From positions 1 to 58,345 of the forward strand of contig NOWV01000302.1 of NCBI GenBank assembly GCA_003344405.1: DNA of 58,345 nucleotides. Direction: 5' to 3'. Both the position numbers and the translations under genes were made by a program. The DNA is from Trichoplax sp. H2 (taxonomy: Eukaryota). Each line of letters starts with the position of its first letter. Position 1 is the first letter of the stretch. Under the pieces are notes generated by a model, which had not been told where the DNA came from, searched no databases, and worked only from the letters and a program-made list of their open reading frames with translations. Shown one piece after another: positions 57,321 to 58,345 of this stretch.

Positions 57321-58049
57321 GCTATGTTAATTAGCAGATTTAGCTATTAAAAATGAATTAATGACAGTATCATCGATAGATTAAGATAAGCTTTCTGCCT
57401 TGAGAAGAAATTGTGAATAACTAATTTAGAAGACACCTCTAGAGTGTAACTGTCTATTACATCAAATTAATACTGTGTACTAACATTATTAGGTTCTATT
57501 AATTATAGATGAAATTACAGCATGATGTTTAAGAAATAATGCGATCCGATTTCTAAATAATAAGTTCTGGTATTGATTTATAAATAGAATGCTTAGGTGA
57601 TAATTAATAAACTTTCGTCTAGTACGAATCTTCATGGATAACTCTTGATTTAAGTTGTTTCTAAAGAATACTCTAGTTTCCATCCGCTGCTTATTTAATA
57701 GGATAACGTTTATTAAGCTTTTTTGCATTTATGGTTTACAGATTTTTTCGCTAGTTCTTTAAACGTACGAATACTTTTCCTTAATCAATGCTAATTCACG
57801 AATTGACAAATAACTAGGAATATATACTACAATATCATTGCATACGTATAGGAGAATTGATTCAAAAAATATGCAACCTGATTTCGATGATCAACATCGT
57901 AAATTTAAAAAATAGAAAATACAGTATACAGTCATCTAATACCTCGAATGAATCAAACTTCTTAACAACTAATCATTAATTAACGATTTACATTATAAAT
58001 ATACTACATCAGAAACTGAAATGTATCTGACTGTCGATCCCAATACGAT

Positions 58050-58345
58050 CTTGTAATGTAACTTAGTACTGTGATTGTAGACTGTTAGCCATGTGTAGTA
58101 TAATGTACGGTAGATATTTATCCTAAGAGATATTTGGTAGCTGTAACTATAGACTGTAGTGGTAGAGACTCTATGCTAGAGTACAGATGACTATATACAG
58201 TAAGCTGTTGAGTTACTAATATGGCTATAGGTAAAAATAGAACTGTAAATCATTTATTAGGATATGGTTAATTCATTGTACTTTGGCTGGTGTGAATAAT
58301 GTCTACGTAAGTACCGTAGTCGTATCCATATTGGATTAATGATGG
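58050..58345 (+). repeat. Dispersed repeat family R1, copy 5 (runs off the window end)
   Basis: Close reverse-complement match to 34716-35015. Confidence 0.88.

Overview
This is AT-rich, intron-dense eukaryotic DNA. The style suggests a compact early-branching animal such as a placozoan, but that is inference. On the + strand is a complete 9-exon Rab2 gene (1572-6703), preceded by a region saturated with TACTGTA/TACAGTA motifs. On the - strand is a tandem array of adhesion-class GPCR paralogs: three apparently intact genes (A 9068-21109, B 27914-39992, C 43675-56308) and one internally deleted pseudogene (P, about 23944-27600). Each intact gene encodes signal peptide, C-type lectin-like domain, long Ser/Thr stalk, GAIN/GPS and 7TM. 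Exons were reconstructed by hand from splice signals and paralog alignment. Unusual features: a two-cysteine GPS, lectin domains without canonical sugar motifs, a 19-nt microexon in all four copies, duplicated terminal exons in B and C, apparent conversion of stalk coding sequence into intron, GC donors, and a TM3 Glu-to-Ala change in C. Two dispersed repeat families and two hAT-like miniature elements are also present.
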